A DNA stretch of 64,000 nt. Origin: the human T2T-CHM13v2.0 reference genome, Homo sapiens. Shown piece by piece: positions 33,229 to 59,402 of the stretch (position 1 is its first letter; each line of letters begins with the position of its first letter). Location: assembly GCF_009914755.1 (NCBI RefSeq), contig NC_060927.1. The stretch is one strand, 5' to 3'. Position numbers and translations under genes: made by a program. Under the pieces are notes generated by a model. That model ran no database searches. It saw nothing but the letters and a program-made list of their open reading frames with translations, and was not told the origin of the DNA.

Positions 33229-34575
33229 TTTTTTTCAATAATACCTTTTTATTATTATACTTAAAGTTCTCGGGTACATGTGCACAATGTGCAGGTTTGT
33301 TACATAGGTATACATGTGCCATGTTGGTTTGCTGCACCCATCAACTCGTCATTTACGTTAGGTATGTCTCCTAATGCTGTCCCTCCCCCAGCCCCCAACC
33401 CCCGACAGGCCCTGGTGTGTGACGTTCCCCGTCCTGAGTCCATGTGTTCTCATTGTTCAGTTCCCACCTATGAGTGACAACATGCAGTGTTTGGTTTTCT
33501 GTCCTTGTGATAGTTTGCTGAGAATGATGGTTTCCAGCTTCATCCATGCCCTTGCTAAGGACATGAACTCATCCTTTTGTATGGCTGCATAGTATTCCAT
33601 GGTGTATATGTGCCACATTTTCTTTATCCAGTCTATCATTGATGGGCATTTGGGTTGGTTCCAAGTCTTTGCTATTGTGAATAGTGCCGCAATAAACATA
33701 TGTGGTCTTTATAGTAGCGTGATTTATAATCCTTTGGGTATATACCCAGTAATGGGATCGCTGGGTCAAATGATATTTCTAGTTCTAGATCCCTGAGGAA
33801 TCGCCACTGTCTTCCACAATCATTGAAACTAATTTACGCTCCCACCAGCAGTGTAAAAGTGTTTGTATTTCTCCACATCCTCTCCAGCATCTGTTGTTTC
33901 CTGACTTTTTAATGATCGCCATTCTAACTGGTGTGAGATGGTATTTCATTGTGGTTTTGATTTGCATTTCTCTGATGGCCAGTGATGATGAGCATTTTTT
34001 CATGTGTTTTTGGCTGCATAAATGTCTTCTTTTGAGAAGTGTCATTCATATCCTCTGCCCACTTTTTGATGGGGTTCTTTGTTTTTTCCGCCCAGTTTGA
34101 GCTTCCCAGCCCCTTTGTTTACCTACTCAAGCCTCAGCAATGGCAGACGCCCCTCCCCCAGCCAGGCTGCAGCCTCGCAGGTCGATCTCAGACTGCTGAG
34201 TTAGCGGTGAGCAAGGCTCTGTGGACGTGGGATCCACCAAGCAAGGCATGGGAGGGAATCTCCTGGTCTGCTGGTTGCTAAGACCGTGGGAAAAGTGCAG
34301 TATTTCGGTGAGAGTGTACTGTTTTTCCAGGTACAGTCTGTCATGGCTTCCCTTGGCTAGGAAAGGGAAATCCCCCAACCCCTTGCACTTCCCAAGTGAG
34401 GCAATGCCCCACCCTGCTTCAGCTCACCCTCCGTGGGCTGCACCCACAGTCCAGCCAGTCCCAATGAGATGAACCAGGTACCTCAGCTGGAAATGCAGAA
34501 ATCACCCATCTTCTATGTCAATCTCACTGGGAGCTGCAGACCAGAGCAGTTCCTATTCGGCCATCTTGGTCTCTT
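33229..34575 (-). mobile_element. L1PA element keeping both ends with a large internal deletion
   Basis: L1PA 3'UTR/ORF2 C-terminus (33245-34087; MFIAALFTIAKTWNQPKCPS peptide) joined directly to L1 5'UTR (34088-34570, ccaagatggccgaataggaac on - strand); TSD core ttggcact at 33221 and 34577. Confidence 0.9.
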
Positions 34576-34917
34576 GTTGGCACTCTATTCTTAGTGCATA
34601 TATGTTTTTAATTGTCATGTCTTCCTGAGGAATTTAGCATTTTATCATTATAAAATGTTTTTATCTCTAGTAACATTTTTTGTTTTAAAGACTATACTGT
34701 TTGACAGTTAGTATAGCCACTCCAGATTTCTTCTGGTTACTTTTTGCATGATACATCTTTTTCCATCCTTCTAATCTATTTTTATCTTTGAATCTAAATT
34801 GTGTCTCCTGTAGACATCATATACTTGGGTCACTTGTTTTGTTTCTATCCAGCCTGACAATCTCTGCCTTTTGATTGGATTGTTTAATCTATTCACTTTA
34901 TTTATTTATTTATTTGA

Positions 34918-35025
<108 letters not shown>

Positions 35026-35133
35026 TAGCTGGGATTACAGACACCTGCCACCATGCCCAGCTAATTTTTTGTAGTTTTAGTAGAGACAGGGTTTCACCAT
35101 GTTGGCCAGGCTGGTCTTGATCACCTCAGGTGA

Positions 35134-35223
<90 letters not shown>

Positions 35224-35400
35224 TAGTTGTATTTTTGTCTATTTTATTTTTTGTTATCTGTATGTCTCATGTCTTTTTTTGTTTCTCTGTTACTGCTTTT
35301 TCTTGAGTGGATATTTTCTAATGTAGCACTTAAATTTAATCATTTTTGACTTCTTTTTTGAGTATTTTTTTTGTGTGATTGCGCTAGGGTCTACCATAAA

Positions 35401-35452
35401 TTTTTTTTAACCCCAACATAACATGAACATGCAACCTTCTGATCAAAATCAG
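35401..35452 (-). pseudogene. 5'-truncated tRNA-Trp retrocopy (3' half) with short A tail
   Basis: The - strand reads CTGATTTTGATCAGAAGGTTGCATGTTCATGTTATGTTGGGGTTA(A)n. Recalled tRNA-Trp(CCA) reads CTGACTCCAGATCAGAAGGTTGCGTGTTCAAATCACGTCGGGGTCA. Differences are mostly transitions, several at CpG. Confidence 0.75.
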
Positions 35453-35532
35453 TGTCAGATTTATACTTGCTTAATTTTTTATCTATAGAAAGGTTATTTT
35501 TCTTACAGCTCTATTCCCTTTTCCTCACTTTT

Positions 35533-35573
<41 letters not shown>

Positions 35574-35743
35574 TGAGACAGAGTTTCGCTCTGTCACCCA
35601 GACTGGAGTGCAGTGGTGCGATCTTCATTCTCCACAACCTCTGCCTGCTGGGTTCAAGCAATTCTCCTGCCTTAGCCTCTCGAGTAGCTGAGATTACAGG
35701 CACCCACCACCACACCCAGCTAATTTTTGTATTTTTAGTATAG

Positions 35744-35947
<204 letters not shown>

Positions 35948-36466
35948 TAGCCCAATATAGGTTTGCTGTCACTCACCTCTTTGTGCAGTTATTATATTAC
36001 ACATATTACATTATATGTATTATTGGCTCACCTGTACATTATATACATATTATTTTATACAATGCATGTTAAATTAGTTAAGAAAGGAGAATGATTATAC
36101 ATTTAACCTGTCTGTTATAATTTCATTACTACTTTTACCTGTGCTTTTTTTTAATGTGGATTTGAATAATCATCTGTGTTGATTGCTTTCAGCCTGAAGA
36201 ATTTCCTTTAGTATTTCGTTAACACAGATCTGCTAACAACTTTTCACAGCATTTGTCTATCTGGTAGTCTTTATGTTCTTATTTTTGAAAAATACCTTAC
36301 TGGATATAGGACTTCTCATAGACACTGTTTTGTTTTTTCCTTTGAGCATTTTGAATATGTAATCCTACTACTTTCTGCCCTTCATTGTTTCTGCTGAGAA
36401 GCCATCTGTTAATCTTATTGGGATTTCCCTGTAAGTGATGATTTGTCTTTCTCTTGCTTCTTTTAG

Positions 36467-36677
<211 letters not shown>

Positions 36678-36984
36678 TAGCCAGGATGGTCTCAATCTCC
36701 TGACCTCATGATCCACCCGCCTTGGCCTCCCAAAGTGCTGGGATTACAGGCGTGAGCCACAGTGCCTGGACTAGAATTTCATTCTTATCTTTGCATTTCA
36801 GCATTTTTACTATGATGTCTTCTGGCATTTCTTTGTGTTTATCCTTTTTGGAGTTTGTTGAGCTTTTTGGATATATAAGTTATTATTTTAAAATAAATTT
36901 TGGAAGTTTTCCATTATTATTTTTACAAATATATTTTTCTGCCTTTTTCTCTCCCCTCCCTCTGGTATTCCTGTTATACACATA

Positions 36985-39640
<2,656 letters not shown>

Positions 39641-40122
39641 TATATATTTATATAAGACTTGCTTCTTTGCATGTCTTTAATTTTTACTGGAAACTGGACA
39701 TTTTAGATAATATAATATTTATTGTAGCAACTCTGAGTACTGGTCCCCTATCTTTCTCCCTCCAAGGTCTGGTTATCTTTATTTGCTTGTTCATGTGTCT
39801 AGTGACTGGCTGTGTTATTTTAGTGAGGTCTGTTTCCCCTTCCACAGTCTAAGGTGTAGCACTGAGTATGCTCACAGTCAACTTGAGATGATAGTGATTT
39901 CCGGAAACCTCCTTCCCTTTTCGCTGATCACCCCCAGCTGTTAAACTCTTCTCATTGATGGTTGATTGCTCAGTTGTTTTGAATAATACTAAGGGCATAA
40001 ACAAATTGCTCTACAAACTAATTCATGGAGAGTTTCTAAGGTCAGTGTTTGACATTTGTTCTGACTCTGGGAGGGCTTCTCCCAGGTTTTTGTTTTGTTT
40101 TGTTTTGTTTTTGTTTTTTTGA

Positions 40123-40463
<341 letters not shown>

Positions 40464-41179
40464 TGATCTCGGTCACTGCAACCTCTGCCTCCTGGGTTCA
40501 AGTGATTCTACTGCCTCAGCCTCCCGAGTATCTAGGATTACAGGCGTGGGCCACCATGCCCAGCTAATTTTTGTATTTTTAGTAGACTTGGGGTTTCACC
40601 ATGTTGGCCATGCTGGCCTCAAACTCCTGACCTCAGGTGATCCACCTGCCTTGGCCACCTGCAGAGATTACAGGTATGAGCCACCGTGCCTGGCCGCTTC
40701 TCCCAGTATTATTCCCTAGTTCTGTCCTAAAAACAATCAGGTCTACAGTTTATCCTGTAACTTGAATTTCCTCCCAAGTGCCTTTCACCTGAATCTCCAT
40801 CATGCTTGGGTGTGTCCTTAGATTTATATACATTTTTTCTTTTTCTTGTTTGCATTTTTTTAGTCTTTACATCTAAATATGTCCAAACTGTTAAAAAAAA
40901 TTAAAGTTAGTCCTTTGGGAGGAGATTAGACTCTCTCTGTTTTACAACCTGCTCCTCTCTTCAGACAAAATATCTGAGCCAGGATTCTGGAGGTGGAGGT
41001 GGGGACAATAGCGAGTTTCTGAGTGACATCCTTGCTTTGCAAGCTAAGCACGAGATGCAGCAGCCTGAGGTCCTCTTTCCTTTCCTCTCCTGGTGTGGAA
41101 CCACCACTTCACAAGCTTAAAGAGGTCTCAGTCCTCTCATCACATTTTGTCCAAGGTGGAACTTCCATTCTACAAGTGA

Positions 41180-42034
<855 letters not shown>

Positions 42035-43511
42035 AAGTGATCCACCCGATCCACCCGCCTTGGCCTCCCAAAGTGCTGGGATTACAGGCGTGAGCCACTG
42101 CACCCAGCTCCAACACTTTGTTTTGTTGGTGGTGGTGGTGGGTTTTTTTGTTTGTTTGTTTTGTTTTGTTTTGTTTTTGGAGACAGACTGCAGTGCAGTG
42201 GTGCAATCTCTTCCTCACTGCAACCTGTGCCTCCTGGTTTCAAGAGCTTCTTGTGCCTCAGCCTCCTGAGTAACTGGGATCATAGGTGTGCACCACCACG
42301 CCTGGCTAATTTTTGTATTTTTAGTAGAGATGGGATTTTGCCGTTTTGGCCAGGCTGGTCTCAAACTTCTGACCTCAAGTGATCCATCTGCCTCAGCCTT
42401 CCAAAGTGCTGGGATCTCAGGCGTGAGCCACTGCGCACAGCCCCAGATACTTATTGAACGTCATCGTAGATGTTATCAGTGTCTTTTGAGATTTTTTTTT
42501 CTACTTCAATGTAAGATACAACAGTAGATTCTAATGTATTCCTCAAAGAGAGTTCTTTTTTGGTTTGTTGTTTGTTTTAAGAGATGGAGTCTTGCTGTGT
42601 CGCCCAGGCTGAAATGCAGTGGTGCAATCATGGCTCACTGCAACCTGAAACTCCCAGGCTCAAGTGATCCTGCCTCCTTAGACTCCCAAGTCTCTGGGAT
42701 TACAGGCACCACGCCACCACGCCCAGCTAATTTTTGTATTTTTAGTGGAGACGGGGTTTTGCCATGTTGGCCAGACTGGCCTCAGGCCATCCGCCCTCCT
42801 CAGCCTCCTAAAGTGCTGGGATTACAGGTGTAAGTGACCTTGCCCAGCCTGTAACTCTATGTAACACTATGTTGCCCAGGAGTTCAGGACCAGCCTGGGC
42901 AACATAGTGAGACCCTGTCATAATAAAATAGTAAATAAAATAAAATAAAATAAATAAAATAAAATACTGACATCCCTATTCTCCTGGGAAGACAGCCCTC
43001 CACCTGGGAGCTGGTGGGAGAGGGAGCCCTGTGTTTTAGGATATAGCAGGCTGGAGTGGAGGCTTCACCTCACTGAGTTGAGATAGGAGAGGGAGGGAGT
43101 GATCTTGATAAAATACCACAGACCCTTGCCTTTCTTAATGAGTTTTCATAGGTTGTCTTGAATAGGTGTTTCTTCTTTTGCTGTTTGCCCTTAGGCTCAT
43201 GATCACAGGCTTTAAATGGTTGGGGTTTGTTTTTGTTTGTTATAATTTTTGCCAGGTACCTTGAGGAACAAGTCAGTGGAGCTCCTCATCCTTCATACTA
43301 GAAGTCTATGTTATTCCAACATATTTAAAAAATAGTTTTAGGCTGGGCATGGTGGCTCACGTCTGTAATCCCAGCACTTTGGAAGGCTGAGGCGGGCAGA
43401 TCACTTGAGGTCGGGAGTTCGAGACCAGCCTGACCAACATGGAGAAACCCCTTCTCTGCTAAAAATACAAAATTAGCCAGGCGTGGTGGGGCATGCCTGT
43501 AATCCCAGCTA

Positions 43512-44948
<1,437 letters not shown>

Positions 44949-45786
44949 TGAGCCACTGCACCCAGCCTTTTTTTTTTTTTTTTTTTTTTTTGACAAGGTC
45001 TTGCTCTGTCACCCAGGCTGGAGTGCAGTGGCAAAATCATAGTTCACCATAACCACAAACTCCCAGGCTCAAACAATCCTTCCACCTCAGCCTCCCAAGT
45101 AGCTAGGACTATAGGTGCACCACCACACCCAGCTAAAGATGGGGTCTTGCTATGTTGCCCACACTCGTCTTGAACTCCTGGCCTCAAGTGATCCTCCCAC
45201 CTCAGCCAAAGAGCTGAGATTTCAGGAATGAGCTGCCATGCTCAGCCATGTTTCTTATAAATAAGTACATCTTTTACAGAACCTCGATACAGTCAGAAAA
45301 TTTACATTACTACTTGATTATATACAATTTTTAGTTCAAGCTTCATCAATTGCTTTACAGCAAAAGGATCTAGTTCAGGGTCATGCTTAGTTGTCACATG
45401 TTGTCAGGCACCTTTAGTCTGGTATAGTTCTTCAGTTTTTCTTTAGTGACCTTGACACTTTTGAATATTACAGGCCAGTTGCTTTGAAGAAGATCCCTCA
45501 ACTTGGGATTGTTTAATGCTTCCTTATGATTAAATTTAAGTTATGTATCTTTCACAGAAATATCACAAGTAATGTGTTCTTCTAATCATATTCTGTGCCA
45601 AATGGTATACAATTTTGATTTATCCTGTTACCGATGCTTATTATGATTAATTGATTAAGGTGATATCTGTCAGCCTTCTCCACCATAAGGTTCTTTTTTC
45701 CTATTTGTAATTAAGAAGTATTTTATAGGAAAATTATGTAAATAGCCCACTGTTTATCAAATTTTCAATGTATTTAGATAAGTGGA

Positions 45787-48690
<2,904 letters not shown>

Positions 48691-48966
48691 GGATGCTAAG
48701 TTGCAATCATTGCTGAAGGAGGTCATTGCTCCCAGGCCATCTGAGTAAACTGGGACTGTATGTACATATATGTATATACACATCTAAATACGTCTATATA
48801 TCTATATATTGACAACTACTAGTTTATATCAATGCCTCCAATTCCAGTTCATCATTCTCCTTTCTATAACTCCCTACTCTGACAGCAAGAAAGCTGGCTT
48901 TTGATATCCTATTTTTTGTAACCTAACCACAACCTTATCAGATTTTATTATAAGGATAAAACATAA

Positions 48967-49255
<289 letters not shown>

Positions 49256-49412
49256 TAGCCAGGCTTCTTGTGAACTCCTTACCTCATGATCCACCCGCCT
49301 CGGCCTCCCAAAGTGCTGGGATTACAGGTGTGAGCCACCGCGCCCTGCCTCTTTTCTCCTTTTTTAAAAAGCTGGTATAAGTCAGGTGCGGTGGCTCATG
49401 CCTGTAATCCTA

Positions 49413-49685
<273 letters not shown>

Positions 49686-50267
49686 CTAATACATAGGTCA
49701 GAAAGAAATTTTTTTTCTTTAGATGAATCAAGTATCCTGGCAAAGCCATCAAGGAATTTTTCATCCCTGAAATTATGACTTTTATTTCTAGCATTTCCAT
49801 TGAATACTTTCTTATAGTTTCCATTGTTCTGCAGAAAATGTCCATGTGCTCAAGTAGGCTGGAAACCTTTTACACTGGATCCTTTAACATATTAACCATA
49901 ATTATTCTAAAGTCCTGGTCAGAGTTTTTCAGTAACTGGTTCATCTCTCTGTCTGGTTCTATTAACTTCTTTGTCTCAGAATCAAAATTATTACTTTCTT
50001 TTTATTTTTTTGTTTAAATTAGAGATGGAGTCTTGCTATGTTGACCAGGCTGATCTTGAACTCCCGGCCTTGAGTTATCCACCCATCTCAGCCTCCCAAA
50101 GTGCAGGGATTACAGGCATTAGCCTTCATGCCCAGCCATTATTATTTCTTTCTTTCCAACTTTTATTTTAGGCTCAGGGGGTACATGTCCCGGTTTGTTA
50201 CACAGATAAATTGCAGTCATGGAGGTTCAGTGTACAGATTATTTCATCACTCAGGTAATGAGTATAG

Positions 50268-50613
<346 letters not shown>

Positions 50614-50816
50614 TAGTTTTTTAATCCTCACCCTCTTCCCAACCTCCACCCTCAAGTAGGCCTCGGTGTTACTGTCCCCTCCTTGGTGTCCATGTGTACT
50701 CAATATTTAGGTCCCACTTATAAGTGAGAACATGCGATATTTGGTTTTCTGTTCCTGTGTTAATTCGCTGGGGATAATGGCCTCCAGTTCCATCTGTATT
50801 GCTGCAAAGGCCATGA

Positions 50817-51206
<390 letters not shown>

Positions 51207-51952
51207 TGATTTCACGTCTTTGCTATTGTGAATAGTGCTGCAATGAACATACGTGTACATGCATCTCTATGGTTGAATGATTTATGTTTTTTGGGTGTAT
51301 ACTCAGTAATAGGATTGCTGGATCAAATGGTAGTTTTGATCCAGAACTGTTTTAAGTTCTTTGAGAAATCTCTAAACTGCTTTCCACAGTGGCTGAACTA
51401 ATTTACATTTCCACCAGCATTGTATAAGCATTCCCTTTTCTCTGCAGCCTCTTGCCAGCGTGTTATTTTTTGATTTTTTTTTTTTTTTACTTTTATTTTA
51501 GGTTCAGGGCTACATGTCATGTGCAGATTTGTCATCCTTTTTTTTTTTTTTTTTTTGAGACAAGGTCTCATCACTCTGTCGCCCAGGCTGGAATGCAGTG
51601 GTGCAATCACAGCTCGCTTCTGCCTTGACTTCCTGGACTCAGGTAATCCTTCCACCTCAGCCTCCTGAGTTGCAGGGCCTACAGGTGCATGCCACCATGC
51701 TCAGCTAATTTTTGTATTTTTTGTAGGGACAAGGTTTCACCATGTTGCCCAGGCTGGTCTTGAAGTCCTAGGCTCAAGCAATTCACCTGCCTTGGCCTCC
51801 TAAAGTTCTGGGATTTCCTACCCGAAGGCAGGAAATTCCTTGTTTGGCTAGGTCTGGGCCTTTTATGGACTCAGAATGTGGAGTGCAAGCTGATTGGCAT
51901 GAGCCACTGTGCCTGGCCTAGACTTTTTAATAATAGTAATTGTGACAGGTGT

Positions 51953-52617
51953 TGATGCAGTGCAGATGAGCCCCAAAATTGGGGCTTAGCCCAGGAGGGT
52001 GTGTGGCTTTGCCCAGGAAAGAATTCAAGGGTGAGCTGGTGGTGGTGGTAACTTTTATTGAAGTGGCAGTGGACAGCAGCAGCAGAGGTTCTGCTCCTTG
52101 TGGAGCAGGGCTACCCCACAGACGGTGTGCCCAGAGGAACAGCTCCGAGGCAGTTCTGCAGTCATATTTATAACCAAATTTTAAATCTAATTTTATTTTA
52201 TTTAATTTTTAATTTTTTAAATTTTATAAAATAGAGACAGGGTCTAGCTGTGTTGACCAGGCTGGTCTTGAATTCCTGGCCTCAAGTGATCCTCCTGCCT
52301 GGGCCTCCAGAAGTGCAGAGATTACAGGTGTAAGCCACCATGCCCAGACTTTACCCACTTTTAATTATATGGAAATTAAGGGGCAGATTATGCAGACATT
52401 TTTAGAAAAGGGGTGGCAACTTCCAGGTCACAGAGTCATTGCCATGCAAATGAGTGGTAACTTCTGGGTGTTGCCATGGCAATGGTAAACTGACATGGCA
52501 CACTTGTGGGCATGTCTTATGGAAAGCTGCTTCCTCCCAGCCCCTGTTTTAGTTAGTCCTCAATTTGTTCTGGTGTCTGAGCCTCACCTCTGGAGTCAAG
52601 TCCCGCCTCCTACCTCA
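51953..52617 (-). mobile_element. ERV1-class solo LTR (LTR19/MER66-like) inside L1, with an internal Alu monomer
   Basis: TG...CA ends; 4-bp TSD GTGT at 51949-51952 and 52618-52621; - strand starts TGAGGTAGGAGGCGGGACTTGACTCC. Subfamily is uncertain. Confidence 0.75.
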
Positions 52618-52774
52618 GTGTGATATAGAATCTCATTGTGGTTTTCAGATATCCTTAATATGTTTATGTATTTTATCTTCTGTTTAGGCAGCCAATCCTT
52701 ATTGCCTCCAATCCTTATACTTCCCACATGGATACTCCCAACTTGATCTCTGCCACTCCAATCCAGACCAGCCC

Positions 52775-54880
<2,106 letters not shown>

Positions 54881-56959
54881 TCCTCTTCTCCTGACTCAGG
54901 CTTTGATAACCCATGCTGTCCAGCCCTCCTGCATAAGATAGACATCATCCTTACCTTACCTCAGTTTCAGAAACTCACTGTAGTCCACAGAATGCCTACT
55001 TCATTGTTTCATGCCTAATGGATTTAGGACTGTTCTGGAAAAGAAGATAACTTGTTTGACATTCAAAATATCTATTAAATTCATCACACTAATACAATGA
55101 GATGATAACATTTATTTTATTATTTAAATCTGGGAGCCACCATGCCTAGCTAGTTTTTTTGTATTTTTGTAGAGATGAGGTTCTGCCATGTTTGCCAGGC
55201 TGGTCTTGAACTCCTGAGCTCAAGCAATCTGCCCGCCTTGGCCTCCCAAATTGATGGGATTACAGGCATGAGCCACCATACCCGGCCTAATTTTTAAATT
55301 TTTTGTAGAGACAGGGTCTCACTATATTGGCCAAGCTGATCTTGAACTCCTGGGCTGAAATAATCCTCCCATCTAGGCCTCCCAAATTGCTAGGATCGCA
55401 GGCATGAGCCACTGCACCCAGCCTTGATAAATTTATGATAAACTTCAGCATGTACTTTTTTTTTTATTTTTATTTTTTATTTTTTTTTGTAGAGACAGGG
55501 TCTTACTATGTTGCCCAGACTGGTCTTGAACTCCTGGGCTCAAGCAATCTGCCCGCTTTGGCCTCCCAAACTGTTGGTATTATAGGCGTGAGCCACTGCA
55601 CCTGCCTACACTTATAATTTTAAAATATCCTCTCAGAAAGCTTAGAGACTTTTTTCATGTGACAAGAGATGTCTACAAAAACCTACAGCAAAACATTCTA
55701 AGTGGTAAAATGTTGAAAATTTTCACTCTGAAATTGGAAAAAAAACAAAATGACAATTATCACATCTATTTAATATTGTACTGGAAAATCCTATACAGAG
55801 AAAGATGGCAAGCTAGAACAGGAATAGGAAGGCGATATAAAATTTCATTATTTGCAGACGACACAATTGTATATGTAAAAAATTCAAGCAATTTGAATTA
55901 ATAAGATAACTAAACAAGTTTGTTGTATAAAAGGTATTATTTCTCATCTCAGAGAAAACGTTAGACATTTCACCACTTAAAAAGGTTTACAGAAAAAAAA
56001 AATCTTGGCAGCTTAGCTGACAATAAAAAAAAAAAAAGAATGTTCTCAATCTGTTACCCAGGCTAGAGTGGAGTGGGCACAATCATGGCTCACTACAGCC
56101 TCAACCCCATGGCTTCAAGCAATTTTCCCATCTCAGCCCCCTAAGTAGCTGGAACTACAGCTGTGCCCCACAATGCCCGGCTATTTTTTTTTTTTTAATA
56201 TAGGGATGGGGTCTCCCTTTGCTGTCCAGGCTGGTCTTGGACTCCTGGGCTCAAGCAATCTTCTCGCCTCAGCCTCCCAAAGTGCCGAGAGTACAGGCAT
56301 GAGCTACCACAGCCAGCCCAGACTTCTTTTAATAGATGAAGAAAATTCTATTCATATACTAAATTGTTTTGTCTAGATATATATGTGTGTGTGTATATAT
56401 ATATATATGATAATTGAAAAATAAAGTTTAAAAGACAAACCTTAGGGAAGTTTTCAACTTTCCCTCTACTATAAAGTTTCAATAATTTAATATTTGTAAA
56501 GTTTTTGTAAAGTTTTAATACTGTAAAGTTTCAATACTGTAAAGTTTCAATAATTTGAGTCTGGCCAGGCGCAATGGCTCACACCTGTAATCCCAACACT
56601 GTGGGAGGCCTAGGTAGGCAGATTACCTGAGGTCAGGAGTTCGAGAACAGCCTGGCCAACATGCTGAAACCCCATCTCTACTAAAAATACAAAAATTAGC
56701 TGGGTGTGGTGGCACACACCTGTAATTCCAGCTACTTCGGAGGCTGAGGCACAAGAATCGCTTGAATCTGGGAGACGAAGGTTGCAGTGAGCAAGATTGC
56801 TCCACTGCAATCCAGCCTGAGGGACAGAATGAGACTCTGTCTCAAAATAATAATAACAATAATAATAGTAATTTGAGTTTGTGAAATACACTGACAGTAG
56901 ATAAATTAGCAGGAGAAAAGGTATGCAAGTTTTTAAAAGCCAGTCAAATTTAACAGTGA

Positions 56960-57283
<324 letters not shown>

Positions 57284-57447
57284 TGATCTTCCCACCTCAG
57301 CCTCCCAAAATGTTGGGATTACAGGCATGAGCTACCTTGCCAGGCCGTGGCATGCAAATTTATTACATGCATGTGTACAGGAGTCCCACAAATCATGAGA
57401 CATAAAGAAGGACCAGATGACTTAAGTTGTTCTAGTGTCATAACCTA

Positions 57448-57822
<375 letters not shown>

Positions 57823-58663
57823 TTATGGGATGTTGAGGGGAAGAAATGCATGGTGAACAAAGGCTGTTTTATTATACAGGTAATGTCTCTTAGGTAGCAG
57901 TCCTCAGAATAGGTGGTGTTGACCTTTAGTCTTGCCATGAGTTAATTTTCCCTATGCATGAGATTATTTGGGGATTGGGGGTGGTGCTCATGACAGTTGC
58001 ATTTCTTCTGGAGGAACTTCCCTTAGTCAGATAAGGAAACTTCAGAGAAAGCCCCTTCCTGTGCTTAGGGAGGTAAAGAGGAGGAAGGACAGGGGAGCTG
58101 GAGAAGGTCAAAGAGACCTTATTCTCCTTTAGTTCAAAGCACTCAGCATGCCCAAAGCACTGTATTTTGGGGCATATTATTATTTTTTGAGACAGAGTTT
58201 CACTTTGTCATCCAGGCTGGAGTGCAGTGGCATGATCTGGGCTCACTGCAACCTCTGCCTCCCAGGTTCAAACGATTATCCTGCCTCAGCCTCCTGAGTA
58301 GTTGGAACTACAAGTGCGTGCCACCACACCCAGCTATTTTTTTTTAATTTTTAGTAGAGACAGGGTTTCGCCATGTTGGCCAGGCTGGTCTCAAACTCCT
58401 GACTTCATGTGATCCATCTGCCTCAGCCTCCCAAAGTGCTGCGATTACAGGCGTGAGCCACCATGCCCAGCCTTGTTTTCTGAGCCACAACAAATACAAC
58501 TCACAATTGTATAAAAATGTAACTAAAAATAAATCTAACAAAAAATGTACACATGCAGAGTATAAAACACTATAAGACAAATTAAAAATAACCTAAATAA
58601 GTGGAGAAATATACAACATTCACATAAAACATTATACACAAAAATTCAGTATTATAAAGATAT

Positions 58664-59402
58664 TGAGGACTAAACTCTAATTTTTTATATTGCCCAAGTT
58701 CCTGTCTAAGGGGTCCGGGGACTCATGCCCTACAAATCAAATTCTCATCAGATGGGTTTTATTTAACCCTATATATCATGATTTACTTTCCAACCTGACT
58801 CTGGCATAACATTACGAGACAAGGAAGAAAATCAAAATATACTCCAAAACATACTTCTTTGCCATATTTTGAAATGGCCCTACAAAACTGTTCTTTGTGG
58901 GGGAACATTTGCATCTGTAAAGAATCTCTATTAATATAGCTAGATCTTTTTCTTCCAGACTCTCCCAATCCTAAAGAGATTAACTAAGATCTGAATAGGA
59001 AACATTTGTCATCTATTGTCTCTAAGGGCAGCCACTATAAGACTTCAAAATAACTTTGGTCTCCACAATTTTTATCTTAATTGAACATTCCCTTTCTGTG
59101 AATCCCAGGTCTTTAGACAAATTCAACCAATTGTCAGCCAGAAAGCTTAAATTCATATATAGCCTGGAAGCCTCTGCTTTCAGTTGTCCTGTCTTTCTGG
59201 ACCAAACCAATGTATTTCTTAAATGTATTTAATTGATGTTTCATGCCTCTCTAAAATGTAAAAAACCAAGCTGCACCCCGACCACCTTGGGCACATGTTC
59301 TCAGGACCTCCTGAGGGCTGTGTCATGGGCCGTGGTCATTCATATTTGGGTCAGAATAAATATTTTCAAATATTTTACAGAGTTCGACTCTTTTCATTGA
59401 CA
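58664..59402 (+). mobile_element. MER4D/E-type solo LTR inside L1
   Basis: TGAGGACTAAACTCT...gagttcgactcttttcattgaCA; AATAAA near 59356; TSD ATAT at 58660-58663 and 59403-59406. Confidence 0.85.

Noticed and set aside
56468-56553. Short imperfect tandem repeat (ctgtaaagtttcaata)
   Set aside because: Ordinary AT-rich minisatellite.
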